From positions 1 through 33,592 of the IMG/VR virus record IMGVR_UViG_3300030095_000584: 33,592 nucleotides of DNA; one strand, given 5' to 3'. Both the position numbers and the translations under genes were made by a program. The stretch's first letter is position 1. Every line of letters starts with the position of its first letter. Shown in pieces: positions 17,604 to 26,884 of the stretch. A model generated the notes under the pieces. It had not been told where the DNA came from. It did not search any database and was given only the letters and a program-made list of their open reading frames with translations. This DNA is from a virus (lineage: Duplodnaviria > Caudoviricetes).

Positions 17604-17775
17604 ATTTAATCTCCTTTATAATTAATATTAAAGTTAAGAGAGCAATACAATAAAAGTATTCTTCAATCATACTGCCCTCAAGTGCTTCGCTACCCACGAT
17701 ACCTGCAAACACTAAGGTAAGCATATATGCGAGGATAGGAATTAAGACTATAGCATTAAGTAGCCTCGATGTCAA
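17566..17775 (-). CDS. Small two-helix membrane protein, start uncertain
   Basis: Hydrophobic AIVLIPILAYMLTLVFAGIVG and YFYCIALLTLILII with a basic tail. Fills the gap after nrdJ; TTG at 17775 taken as start. Confidence 0.5.
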   Translation of the reverse strand: MTSRLLNAIVLIPILAYMLTLVFAGIVGSEALEGSMIEEYFYCIALLTLILIIKEIKYVITIYRRQKEV

Positions 17776-19684
17776 CGACTTCACATACCCCTGCAGTACA
17801 GGCGAGTTCTTTGCTACCATTTGTCGTATCTTCCTTTTCAAATTCTTGGAGCTTACTCCAATCAATAGCCTTTGGCATGGTCTTCATAAGTTCATTGTAC
17901 TCATTCTCATCTATATCCTGATAAGGAGCTTGTTTATAAGTATGCTCACTAAAAGGTAAGAATGAGATACCTGATACCTCATCAAAGTTTTCATACACCC
18001 ATGCACCAACTTCCATCCACTCATTCTCTTTTACAGAGACAGTAACTGAAGGTTTATGTTCACACCAATGTCTTTGAAATGTAAGCCAATAATCAAGTTG
18101 CTCTATGGCAGTCATTTCAGTTCTAGTAATAGCACCTTTGGGTGACTTCATAGGAAAGCTAAATACTGATACACTATCAGGCTTAGTAATGTCAGGCTCA
18201 ATAGGTATACCTGCTTCTTTCATAAACTGTGTGAGTGGGTCTTTATTATCTCCACGTACAGTTCTAATATAGAAAGGATTGTGTCTAGCATGAATACCAC
18301 TTGCACTATCAACTAATTGAGAAACAGTTCCTGATGGTTTGATACAAGTAATTGCAGTTGACTGTGGTACATCTAATACCTTAGATATTTGTAGATTTGT
18401 TTCTACTGCAACGTGTCTTAATTGTTCAAGAGTATCTTCTAAAGAGTCATTGTTAGGGGATAAAATAGGACAATCTAATATACCTGTAAGAGATACACCT
18501 AATAATCTTTCTTCTTCTGTGTTCTGCTTCCACACCTTGCGTAAATATTTAAACTCAGTGAGTGTAGATTGAAACGTACCAAGTATAGTAGCCAATCTAA
18601 CTTTTTCTTTTAAACTATTCAAGTCATCTGTTTCACGTGCAACAACCTCAGTTAGATTACAGAACTGATAAGGTCTAAGTATAATTTCACTACAAGGGTT
18701 ACAACCAAAAGCATGGTCAGGCTTACGTCTTCCATTTTCTTCTACTTTTTTCTTAGCAGACTTACGATTAAATATACCACGTTCTCCTGACTTAGATTCG
18801 TACAAGGCTAACCATTCTCTCATGAATGTACCCATGTCAGGCTTACCTTTATAAGCAACAGAGTTATTAGCCAATGCTCTGTGTCCTTCATTCTCCCACC
18901 ATGAGCCTGACTTTGCGTGTCTCATTTGGTCATCATTAAGATTAGATAAACTAATTAATGCAGAGCGTCTAACACCACCTACAACTACAACCTCTCCTAT
19001 CTTACACATGATATCGTGGCACTCAATAGGATATAATCTTCTTCCTGCTGCTTTCTTAAATATAGCTATACAAAAATTATATAGGTCAATTAAAGGTTGA
19101 GGACCTGATGCTCTGCCACCAAATGTTTTTAGTCTCGCACCTGCAGGTCTAACCTGTGACACATCAAGAGAAGGTATCTGTCCTACATACAACATAGCTA
19201 TCAACTCACGTAAAGCTCTTGCCCATCCGGGTCTGCTATCTGCAACTGTAATCACAGTTGTGCTATCCTCAAAGTGTTCATTTACTGTAGGTAACTTATC
19301 TACATTCTCTCTTTCAACAGAAAAGCCTACACCTGTGCCACACATAAGTATGTACATACACTCATCAAAAGAACGTGGACTATCTACAGGTATATAACTA
19401 CAATTATATCCTGCAACATGGCATCTGTCTAGTGCCACACCTGCAGTCATTAGTGCTCTCATGCTAGGCATGATGCCTAGTGCTAATATAGAATTATCTA
19501 GTTTTTCTCTTAGTGCTTTGGTTAAAATATAACCATGTTTTTTCTTCAAGTGATTTGCCATGTAGTCAAAGTATCTGTCTACAGTCTCACTCCAAGTTTC
19601 TCTTCTTTGCTCATCGTCTTTCCATCTCGCATATCTAGAAAGAGCAATAAAATTCTGATAATCAGTTGGTAAATAGTTTTGCAT
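17756..19684 (-). CDS. nrdJ: Class II (adenosylcobalamin-dependent) ribonucleotide reductase
   Basis: PSMRALM...YNCSY, VVVGGVRRSALI, catalytic NPCSEI, TCIKPSGTVSQL and C-terminal ACTAGVC cysteine pair. No ATP cone and no beta-subunit gene nearby. Confidence 0.92.
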   Translation of the reverse strand: MQNYLPTDYQNFIALSRYARWKDDEQRRETWSETVDRYFDYMANHLKKKHGYILTKALREKLDNSILALGIMPSMRALMTAGVALDRCHVAGYNCSYIPVDSPRSFDECMYILMCGTGVGFSVERENVDKLPTVNEHFEDSTTVITVADSRPGWARALRELIAMLYVGQIPSLDVSQVRPAGARLKTFGGRASGPQPLIDLYNFCIAIFKKAAGRRLYPIECHDIMCKIGEVVVVGGVRRSALISLSNLNDDQMRHAKSGSWWENEGHRALANNSVAYKGKPDMGTFMREWLALYESKSGERGIFNRKSAKKKVEENGRRKPDHAFGCNPCSEIILRPYQFCNLTEVVARETDDLNSLKEKVRLATILGTFQSTLTEFKYLRKVWKQNTEEERLLGVSLTGILDCPILSPNNDSLEDTLEQLRHVAVETNLQISKVLDVPQSTAITCIKPSGTVSQLVDSASGIHARHNPFYIRTVRGDNKDPLTQFMKEAGIPIEPDITKPDSVSVFSFPMKSPKGAITRTEMTAIEQLDYWLTFQRHWCEHKPSVTVSVKENEWMEVGAWVYENFDEVSGISFLPFSEHTYKQAPYQDIDENEYNELMKTMPKAIDWSKLQEFEKEDTTNGSKELACTAGVCEVVDIEAT

Positions 19685-19849
19685 TCATGTCTCCTCTGTT
19701 ACTACCTTTATGTTTTTAACTTTCACTCCTTCTATTTCGTGAAAAGTCTCATGGATATATTCTTCCATCTCATCATCTACTCTGCCATCGGCAGGTATGG
19801 GATACTCCTCTGCATCTATGTGCAGAGTCATCATTATCTTAACTTTCAT
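19685..19849 (-). CDS. Small acidic hypothetical protein (54 aa), not in ORF track
   Basis: MKVKIMMTLHIDAEEYPIPADGRVDDEMEEYIHETFHEIEGVKVKNIKVVTEET*. Its TGA abuts the nrdJ ATG and it carries the GAGGAG RBS for nrdJ. Confidence 0.7.
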   Translation of the reverse strand: MKVKIMMTLHIDAEEYPIPADGRVDDEMEEYIHETFHEIEGVKVKNIKVVTEET

Positions 19850-20153
19850 CTTTCTCTAGCTCATCAATTAATTCATTGAGATACCATTGTGCTTTCTTTA
19901 AATCTTCTACACCATTTTTATATCTGTATCTCCACAAGTATTTCATGATGTTGCCCTGTAAATAATACTCATAGCCATCATCTGTCATAGCTCTAATAGC
20001 GTCAATAGTTTCTATTCCATTCTTATTATAATGTGGTGGACTATTAACCATATCCATAGTTTGTTTGTGGTCTGACTGTTCTTGTGCTTGTTTTCTCACC
20101 ATGTTACCTACCTCTCTAAATTTATCTTTTATTGATTCTCTATACATCCCCAT
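19839..20153 (-). CDS. DUF3310-like protein (T7 gp1.7-related nucleotide kinase family)
   Basis: DMVNSPPHY...IETIDAI...GNIMKYLWRYRYKNGVEDLKKAQWYL signature. Confidence 0.8.
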   Translation of the reverse strand: MGMYRESIKDKFREVGNMVRKQAQEQSDHKQTMDMVNSPPHYNKNGIETIDAIRAMTDDGYEYYLQGNIMKYLWRYRYKNGVEDLKKAQWYLNELIDELEKDES

Positions 20154-20503
20154 TATGGGGTTTCCTTTTTAAAGTCCACATGAATTACATTACCACCATC
20201 ATCTTCTAGTGTCAACTTATCTTTATACTTTGGGTACTCCAACATATCTTCCATAGGCAAATACTTCTCTGCTAACTTTTCGGCTGCTTCTCTAAATACT
20301 TTATTCTCTTCCATCAATGGTATGGATGAGCACACTTGTCTAGTGAAGTGTAACATACCTTCAAAGTCATCATCATTTAAAGGGTTTCTTTCATCAAGCA
20401 CACACTTAACGGACACCTCTCCTGTCCATCTTTTATCTTTATTAATATGAGGTCTAATTACTACAACAAAGTCGTGTGCTTTTATTTTATCATCTAATTT
20501 CAT
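20153..20503 (-). CDS. Hypothetical protein
   Basis: AGGAG RBS, TAATG coupling to the next gene, C-terminal NVIHVDFKK. Confidence 0.75.
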   Translation of the reverse strand: MKLDDKIKAHDFVVVIRPHINKDKRWTGEVSVKCVLDERNPLNDDDFEGMLHFTRQVCSSIPLMEENKVFREAAEKLAEKYLPMEDMLEYPKYKDKLTLEDDGGNVIHVDFKKETP

Positions 20504-20506
20504 ATA

Positions 20507-20959
20507 CTATCTCCTTAATTTTTTACTTGGGAATGTAATAAACTTAGAATGTTTATTCTTTCCTGTTTCTTTTATCCATTCCTCAGGTACAATTCTATCA
20601 TAAAATTTAAAATCATACTTCATACACCACTCTGCATACGTTGACTTAGCACCTTTACGTAACTTTCTTCTGCTATTCTCAAACACAAATCTAATGTCTA
20701 GTTTTGGATGTTGTTTCTTTATTGCTAAATGTTTTCTCCTATCAATAGCTAGAAACCTACCTTTAGTTTCTATGATTATGCCATTGTTAAGTACAAAGTC
20801 AGGGGTATAGGTACGATAGCATAAGTCTTCCCATTGTATCTTTATAGATTCATAGTCAAACTTACACTTCAGTTCTTTTAAGTAGTCTGATAACTTATGC
20901 TCAAAACCACTCCTATACCCATGCTTTATTGCAATCCTGCGTACAGAATAAGGAGACAC
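20507..20959 (-). CDS. Endonuclease I / Holliday junction resolvase (T7 gp3-like)
   Basis: YRSGFE...YTPDFVLNNGIIIETKGRF...DRRKH...LDIRFVF motifs. GTG start at 20959 overlaps the upstream TAG, with GGAG upstream. Confidence 0.9.
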   Translation of the reverse strand: MSPYSVRRIAIKHGYRSGFEHKLSDYLKELKCKFDYESIKIQWEDLCYRTYTPDFVLNNGIIIETKGRFLAIDRRKHLAIKKQHPKLDIRFVFENSRRKLRKGAKSTYAEWCMKYDFKFYDRIVPEEWIKETGKNKHSKFITFPSKKLRR

Positions 20960-21177
20960 TAGCTTATGTCTCTCCAATACCAAGAGAAACTACTTGGAGA
21001 ACTATATCCAAGTGCTTTTAACTCTTCTTTGACTGCTTGGTCTGCCATCTTCTTGGCTTCCATAGCTTCACGTAAACCTTTGGTTTTCATTTCACGAAGA
21101 GTCTTTTTAGCTTCTGCTAGTTCTTTCTCCATAGATTCGATATCTTTTTGCAAGTCTTCTGCTTTTGTATCTGTCAT
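20959..21177 (-). CDS. Small coiled-coil hypothetical protein
   Basis: GGAG RBS, coupled at both ends, heptad-like E/K/L/M pattern. Confidence 0.7.
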   Translation of the reverse strand: MTDTKAEDLQKDIESMEKELAEAKKTLREMKTKGLREAMEAKKMADQAVKEELKALGYSSPSSFSWYWRDIS

Positions 21178-21923
21178 TATTTAACACTCCATATTTTATT
21201 TGCTTCTTCTTTCATACCTGACCATAACCAAGAGTCAAGGTTAGGATACATAAGAGAAGCTAACTCATGCTTATCATCACTGATAGACAAAAACTTCTGT
21301 ATAGAAAGAGCTACCTTACGTAACTGTTTCTTATACAAAGTTAAATTATTTAGTGTAAACTTCTTGTGCTCCTTTGGAGTAGCAAAGAATAAATCTACAC
21401 TACTGTTAGGATATGCCATAGAATACATAGCCATCTGTCTTTTCTGAGCTTCGGTAGGTCTTGTTGGCATCCTTGTGGATGTCTTTAAGTCTACTATCTT
21501 ATCCTTAAAACGGAAGTCTATATATCCCATAATAGGCACAGGCATATCATCAATAGGAACTTCAACTTTTTCTTGATATGCTTCAAGGTTTTCATAATCA
21601 AAGTTCTCATCAATGACAGAGCCAAAGCCTTTGAGTAAGTTCTTTTCTTTTGCAGTCTTTATATCTCCCAAGTCAATACCTGACTCTACACAGAGAGACA
21701 TAAACTTTACATCTAAAAGATTGTAATCAAAGACTCCTTTTTCGTACTTGTCTGCAAGTACAAACTCAGTAGCAATACCCCTTACTGCACTTGCACCACT
21801 TGAAGATTTAATCTTAAACAAGTATCGTGCCACCCATAATGACGTATCATTAATGTAAGTATTAATACTACTAGGTGACAAGTAGTTTATACCATGTGCT
21901 TTGAAGGGGTCATTGCTTCGCAC
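21177..21923 (-). CDS. PD-(D/E)XK superfamily exonuclease (RecB/Cas4-like fold)
   Basis: LSPSSINTY, GYIDF...IVDLKTS and QMAMY motifs, inside the replication module. Confidence 0.8.
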   Translation of the reverse strand: MRSNDPFKAHGINYLSPSSINTYINDTSLWVARYLFKIKSSSGASAVRGIATEFVLADKYEKGVFDYNLLDVKFMSLCVESGIDLGDIKTAKEKNLLKGFGSVIDENFDYENLEAYQEKVEVPIDDMPVPIMGYIDFRFKDKIVDLKTSTRMPTRPTEAQKRQMAMYSMAYPNSSVDLFFATPKEHKKFTLNNLTLYKKQLRKVALSIQKFLSISDDKHELASLMYPNLDSWLWSGMKEEANKIWSVK

Positions 21924-22831
21924 TATGCGTTTTCCACTTCAATAAAGTTATCCTCTGCGTTGACAATACTGTCAACTGCATTAGACATATCTTCATCAAT
22001 GGACTTTTGAGAAGCCTGTTCATTCCACTCAGACACAATGTACTGATTATAGTTCTCTACCCAAGATAGAAAATCTGCAAACATAGTTTGGTCTGAATCT
22101 GACAAAGTAACTTTCTCTGAAAGATTTAATGTGCTAGTCGGTAAGTAGAACTGACTACCATTAGGTAACTTTCTAGCTTCAGTGGCTAGACTAATGGTGT
22201 GTTGCACAGGAAGTGCCTTCATCTTAGCTAACTTAGTAAAGTTAGTGCCAATAGTTTTGAACGCATCTCTATTATCTATCTCCCATATAAAAGGAGTAGT
22301 CTCAAACTTAGAGGACTTACCACTAGCGTCTGTAACGTCATATAAATCAACTAAGCCAAACACAACTCTGACACGTTTAATCTGCTTGATTAAGTCCTTA
22401 GTCTTATCAGGCAATGCATCAAAGTCCTGTATCCACCCTGCAGGTTTACCACAGTTGAACCCACCTTGATTGTCTTTCAAATCTTTATTTAAGTTATCTG
22501 CCATAACTGTCTTATGATAGATACCTAAAGGCTCTCCTGCTTTTGCAGAGTTATTCTTAACAAACCTTTTATACATATATCTCTGCATGAAAGGTCTGAT
22601 GGTAGCAGTCTTACCATATAGAACTTCCTTCTCAGGAATATCTAGTTTGTAAGCACCACCCTTCACAACAACCTCATCACCATCTATGATAGGTGTGTGT
22701 TGTATTCTAAATCTAGGTAGTTGTTGAGCCTTCTTCTCAGTAGAAGAGGAAGTCTCGTTGGCTATACCCATAGCCTTTGCCATAGATTCATAATTATTCG
22801 TGTCTATGGTCACTAAGTTTGCTTCAGTCAT
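21923..22831 (-). CDS. Putative single-stranded DNA-binding / annealing protein
   Basis: Lies between polA and the exonuclease, has a strong AAGGAG RBS and its own promoter, and ends in an acidic tail. Function inferred from context. Confidence 0.5.
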   Translation of the reverse strand: MTEANLVTIDTNNYESMAKAMGIANETSSSTEKKAQQLPRFRIQHTPIIDGDEVVVKGGAYKLDIPEKEVLYGKTATIRPFMQRYMYKRFVKNNSAKAGEPLGIYHKTVMADNLNKDLKDNQGGFNCGKPAGWIQDFDALPDKTKDLIKQIKRVRVVFGLVDLYDVTDASGKSSKFETTPFIWEIDNRDAFKTIGTNFTKLAKMKALPVQHTISLATEARKLPNGSQFYLPTSTLNLSEKVTLSDSDQTMFADFLSWVENYNQYIVSEWNEQASQKSIDEDMSNAVDSIVNAEDNFIEVENA

Positions 22832-22866
22832 ACATTTTCTCCTTTCTTATTTTAAAATGTCTCATA

Positions 22867-22895
22867 GTTATATCAGTTAATATCCTTTGTGTCAA
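22867..22895 (-). promoter_or_regulatory. Sigma70-type promoter for the putative ssb/nuclease/nrdJ segment
   Basis: On the - strand: TTGACA (22895-22890), 17-nt spacer, TATAAC (22872-22867), preceded by TGA (extended -10 TGn). Confidence 0.7.
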
Positions 22896-24891
22896 GCCAA
22901 TTATCTCCTATTTTTGATTCTAATAATAATGGTACATTAAAGTCTATTCCGAACTCGTTGTTTATAATATTATTTATGTCTTGATTAATAGTTTTCAAGA
23001 TGAACACAACTTTATTTATTTCATCAGGGTGTACATCAATAACTATTGAATCATGTACTGTGTTTACAATACAAGACTGTAATAATTCTAATCTGTTTTC
23101 TATGTAATGTAGAATCAAAGGCACTATGTCTGCAGTTGCAAAGCTCTGCACAGGGTAGTTCTTTATCTGTGTAAAGTGTGACACAGAGCCATTCATTCTT
23201 CTCTCTACATCAGGAAAACTAAACTGTCTGCCTGATGGTGTTGTAATACTACGCTTCTCTAAAGCCTCTTTAGCCAATCTGGAATGCCAAAGTGCGATGC
23301 CTTTGTACTTTTTCGTGAAGTCTTGATAGTATTTCGCTTCTGCTTTTGACCTACCGAACCCTGTCGCACCATACAACGGAGCAAAGGTATGTGCTTTAGC
23401 ATCCTGCCTAGTAGTGTGCTGACCTGATTTCGTAATGACGTTAGCAGTGTACGTGTGAACGTCAAATCCCGTTTTGATTTCATTAATCGCTACCTCATCT
23501 TGTGATAAATAGGCTGCAGTTCTAAACTCTAACTGTGCAAAGTCTGCTTCTAGAATCTTGCCACCTGTCCAACGTGAAACAAATACCTTCTTTACAGGAA
23601 ATGTGCCACCTCTAGGCATATTCTGCATATTAGGGTCTGCTCCACTAAACCTGCCTGTTGCAGTTCTATGTTGTAACAACCTAACATGAAGCATACCATC
23701 AGACTTAACGTGTGCCTTTATACCTTCAACAAAAGAAGATAGATAACTATCTAAGGCAGACAATCTTTTCAAGTCTTGAAGAAACTGACTAGCTTCTGTC
23801 ATGTTGTTACGTTGTGCCATACTTTGTAATGTGTCTAAGTTACCTTTAGATACACCAAAGCCATTAGCACTTATCCATTTAGCATTGGGTGCATTAAACT
23901 TTAATCCTGCTACATTACGTCTATCATTATTAAAATGATAACCAAGACCATTACAATTAGGGTCTTTATTGGGAATAGAGTAAAGAGTTCCATCTTTTTT
24001 TACCTTTCTTATTTTGCCTGTACCATCACAGGTCTTGCACATTATTGCTTTTGTTTTATATACAATATCAGAGTTCTCTCTGACACTATATTTAAAATCT
24101 TCTACACTCATGTGAGGAGTAAATTCATTTCCCCACATGGCTTTGTCTTTAGGCTTTCTACTATAGATAACCCAAGACATTTGTTCAGGACTATTAAGAT
24201 TAATAGGAGTATCTCCCATAAGTTTTCTTACTTGTATAGTAAGTCTTTCTTCTATCTCAATCTTCTCCTTCTCAAACTCTTTTCTTACGGACTCTAACAC
24301 ATCTTGGTTTACCTTGAAACCATTCCTGTGTGTTCTAGCTAGAGTCATAGCTACTTTATTTGTAAGTATTACTGTGTCCATGAGAGATGAGTTGATTAAC
24401 TGCTTGTACTGACTAGCACACAACTCTTGTGTTGCTCTCAAATCTGCTTGTAAATATTCTTTTAGCTCATCTTTTGGAATCTCATCTACACCCATACCTT
24501 TAGCAAAGTATTCTTTTAGAGTGTCCTGCTTCTGCGTAGTCAACTCATGTCTGATTGCACAGGCTTCCAATGATAAAGAGTATTTCTCAGGGTTACCTCT
24601 GCTCAATACGTACTCTGCTAACATGGTGTCAAATATAACACCATTATATTTAAAGCCACACTCCCATAACCACATCAAATCGTATGTTATGTTGTGTCCT
24701 ATTATTACTGTGGCTTTGTCTAATATATCTTGTACACCTACAAATCCACTATCCATGTCATATATAGATTCATTTCCATTGTCATCACGACAACCAACCA
24801 TAACTAACTTGTTAGTAGGTTCGTATGGGTCTAGATATAATCTACCATCTCTTTTGGTTACTGTATTTTCTATGTCTATTACTATCTTCAT
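22873..24891 (-). CDS. polA: Family A DNA polymerase with 3'-5' exonuclease and inserted DnaJ-like zinc-finger element
   Basis: Exonuclease motifs DIE, GHNITYD and YLQAD; HRTATGRFS; motif A EADFAQLEFR; motif B RQDAKAHTFAPLYG; motif C VHDSIV; insert CKTCDGTG...DPNCNGLG. Confidence 0.95.
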   Translation of the reverse strand: MKIVIDIENTVTKRDGRLYLDPYEPTNKLVMVGCRDDNGNESIYDMDSGFVGVQDILDKATVIIGHNITYDLMWLWECGFKYNGVIFDTMLAEYVLSRGNPEKYSLSLEACAIRHELTTQKQDTLKEYFAKGMGVDEIPKDELKEYLQADLRATQELCASQYKQLINSSLMDTVILTNKVAMTLARTHRNGFKVNQDVLESVRKEFEKEKIEIEERLTIQVRKLMGDTPINLNSPEQMSWVIYSRKPKDKAMWGNEFTPHMSVEDFKYSVRENSDIVYKTKAIMCKTCDGTGKIRKVKKDGTLYSIPNKDPNCNGLGYHFNNDRRNVAGLKFNAPNAKWISANGFGVSKGNLDTLQSMAQRNNMTEASQFLQDLKRLSALDSYLSSFVEGIKAHVKSDGMLHVRLLQHRTATGRFSGADPNMQNMPRGGTFPVKKVFVSRWTGGKILEADFAQLEFRTAAYLSQDEVAINEIKTGFDVHTYTANVITKSGQHTTRQDAKAHTFAPLYGATGFGRSKAEAKYYQDFTKKYKGIALWHSRLAKEALEKRSITTPSGRQFSFPDVERRMNGSVSHFTQIKNYPVQSFATADIVPLILHYIENRLELLQSCIVNTVHDSIVIDVHPDEINKVVFILKTINQDINNIINNEFGIDFNVPLLLESKIGDNWLDTKDIN

Positions 24892-26111
24892 GCACTATAC
24901 CTCGCTGTGTGTGGGTTAATATTACAATTAATCATACCATGCCAACCTGTAATCTTGTTCTTAACAACATTCAAATGTCTCATACTAGATTGCTCATCTA
25001 CACCTTCTACATTTGCAGGTTGACCTATGAGTATCATAAGGTCTGCTTCTGCTGCCTTACCTGTACGTGAGCCTTCCATCATGGCTTGATTAAGAACTTG
25101 TCTACCCTCTGCTTCTGCAGAGAGTTGTGACATATAGAATATAACACAATCATATTGTTTTGCAATCTGTCTTGCATATATTGCATTAGCCTTGAGTGCT
25201 TCATCAGGTCTTGCATAACCTGCCATACGTGCAAACTTATCTCCCATGTCAATTACTACAACATCAGGCTTGACACTCTTACACATACTTTCTACCCATG
25301 CCATGTCTTCTCCTGTAACATCTTTAATCTTTAGGTTGGGAGCTACAATCTTGTATCTATCCCTAGCCTGTGATGGGTTATCCTTTATCTCATACTTATC
25401 CATGTTAGATGAAGCAGTAAGATATCTAAACCCAACTCTATCATAAGATTCTTCATTACATAAGACAACACACTTAGCACCTTGTCTTGCAAAACCATTC
25501 TCTCCTACGAGCATAGAAGCATGAAAGGATGTCTTCCCTGTATTAGGTCTAGCACCTATCTCTACAAGATAGCCACCATTAACACCTTCCACTTTCCTAG
25601 CCAACTCAGGTAGATTAAATGACCAACGTGTCTGTTGGCTCTGCTTCGCTATCAAAGTATCAAATGATATATCATCCCATTCAATCTTCATTTCAGGTGT
25701 GAAGTCATCATTATACTTCTCTAATAAATCACGTAATGGTTTCATGCTTGTCTGTGTACCATTGACGAAATCAAAACCTAAGTTGGCTACGTCTTCTCCT
25801 ATAACTTGTTGGAACAGTTTGGATAACACATCTTGTGCTACGTCTGTTCCCATAGGTGTTTGTCTTTTAATATCGTTAAACAGAGCAGAGTATCCCTGCT
25901 TCTGTGCAGTTGTCATAGCAGGATTGCTAGACAAGAACAGAGCCTGTAACTCATCAGGTGTTACATCTCTATTATATTTTCTCATAGCTTTATCTATTGT
26001 ATGCTTGATGGTTCTAGCATCTTTGCTAAACAATCTATCAGGACATCTCGCACCTCTATGGTCTTCATAGAAGTTTTTATTCATTAAGCTACGCAGTAGT
26101 GATAGTTCCAT
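24888..26111 (-). CDS. Replicative DNA helicase (DnaB / T7 gp4-like SF4)
   Basis: Walker A GARPNTGKTS, CNEE, Walker B VVVID, MSQLS, EADLMI and VKNK motifs. Confidence 0.9.
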   Translation of the reverse strand: MELSLLRSLMNKNFYEDHRGARCPDRLFSKDARTIKHTIDKAMRKYNRDVTPDELQALFLSSNPAMTTAQKQGYSALFNDIKRQTPMGTDVAQDVLSKLFQQVIGEDVANLGFDFVNGTQTSMKPLRDLLEKYNDDFTPEMKIEWDDISFDTLIAKQSQQTRWSFNLPELARKVEGVNGGYLVEIGARPNTGKTSFHASMLVGENGFARQGAKCVVLCNEESYDRVGFRYLTASSNMDKYEIKDNPSQARDRYKIVAPNLKIKDVTGEDMAWVESMCKSVKPDVVVIDMGDKFARMAGYARPDEALKANAIYARQIAKQYDCVIFYMSQLSAEAEGRQVLNQAMMEGSRTGKAAEADLMILIGQPANVEGVDEQSSMRHLNVVKNKITGWHGMINCNINPHTARYSA

Positions 26112-26883
26112 GTTGGTTCTCCTTTGGGGTTAGTTTGTTTAAGTTTAAAAAATCCTCTTCAATTCTATATTTCAAATCGTCTTTGAGTCTTAGGACTCTA
26201 ACATCATTCACGTATCCTCGTAACTCTTTTGCAAAGGCAAGGGTCTTGGGCATTGCATCAGGGTCTAAGGCAATTATAGCAGTCGAGAACTGTGCTAGGT
26301 ATCTCTTGTGTGAATTGCTTAATGATGTTCCCAACACAGCTACCCCTACATAAACACCATCGCCTACAACAGATGCACTCACACAATCCTCAACGACTAC
26401 TCCCACATTACCATGTCCATAAGTAAAAGGCAAGTCACTTTTTCCATATCTTTTCCATTTAGGTAAACGGAAACCTACAGACCGACCAACTGCATCTACA
26501 ATTAGTCCATCCTTCTTGATAGGAAACACAACTCTATTCTCTTTTACGTCATAATAAAGTGGTATTCTTTTATAATCCAACCCAAACTCTAATGCATATC
26601 TTACAACTTCAATCCTATCGTTGTGATATACTACGTGTTCAGGCATACTAAATTCTTCTGACATCTTCTTGGTTTCAAATACAGAGTTCCTAATATCATC
26701 TACGGATAGATTAACTTTCTTTGTACCTGATATTGGGCAAGAAGATTTGTAACAGTTCCAAACTAGTCTACCCATGTTGTTGGTTACAGTAAATGTTTTA
26801 TAACCATTACAACTAGGACAGTTAATTCTTTTTGATTCTCCTACACTTATATGTAAATCATTTATTATATTATATATATTCAT
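26089..26883 (-). CDS. DNA primase (zinc-binding domain plus TOPRIM)
   Basis: CPSC...WNCYKSSC zinc site, AVGRS, VVVEDCVSA, and ALDPDA TOPRIM DxD. Confidence 0.88.
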   Translation of the reverse strand: MNIYNIINDLHISVGESKRINCPSCNGYKTFTVTNNMGRLVWNCYKSSCPISGTKKVNLSVDDIRNSVFETKKMSEEFSMPEHVVYHNDRIEVVRYALEFGLDYKRIPLYYDVKENRVVFPIKKDGLIVDAVGRSVGFRLPKWKRYGKSDLPFTYGHGNVGVVVEDCVSASVVGDGVYVGVAVLGTSLSNSHKRYLAQFSTAIIALDPDAMPKTLAFAKELRGYVNDVRVLRLKDDLKYRIEEDFLNLNKLTPKENQHGTITTA

Positions 26884-26884
26884 A

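Noticed and set aside
21177-21923. Exonuclease as a CRISPR Cas4 or defence gene
   Set aside because: It lacks the Cas4 cysteine cluster and any cas context; its position fits a phage replication/recombination nuclease.
23365-23410. Unusual residue at the PolA position equivalent to E. coli 762
   Set aside because: Motif B reads RQDAKAHTFAPLYG, so the residue is the ordinary Phe.
17756-24891. Inteins or introns in nrdJ or polA
   Set aside because: Both are continuous ORFs of ordinary length without splice-junction or homing endonuclease motifs.
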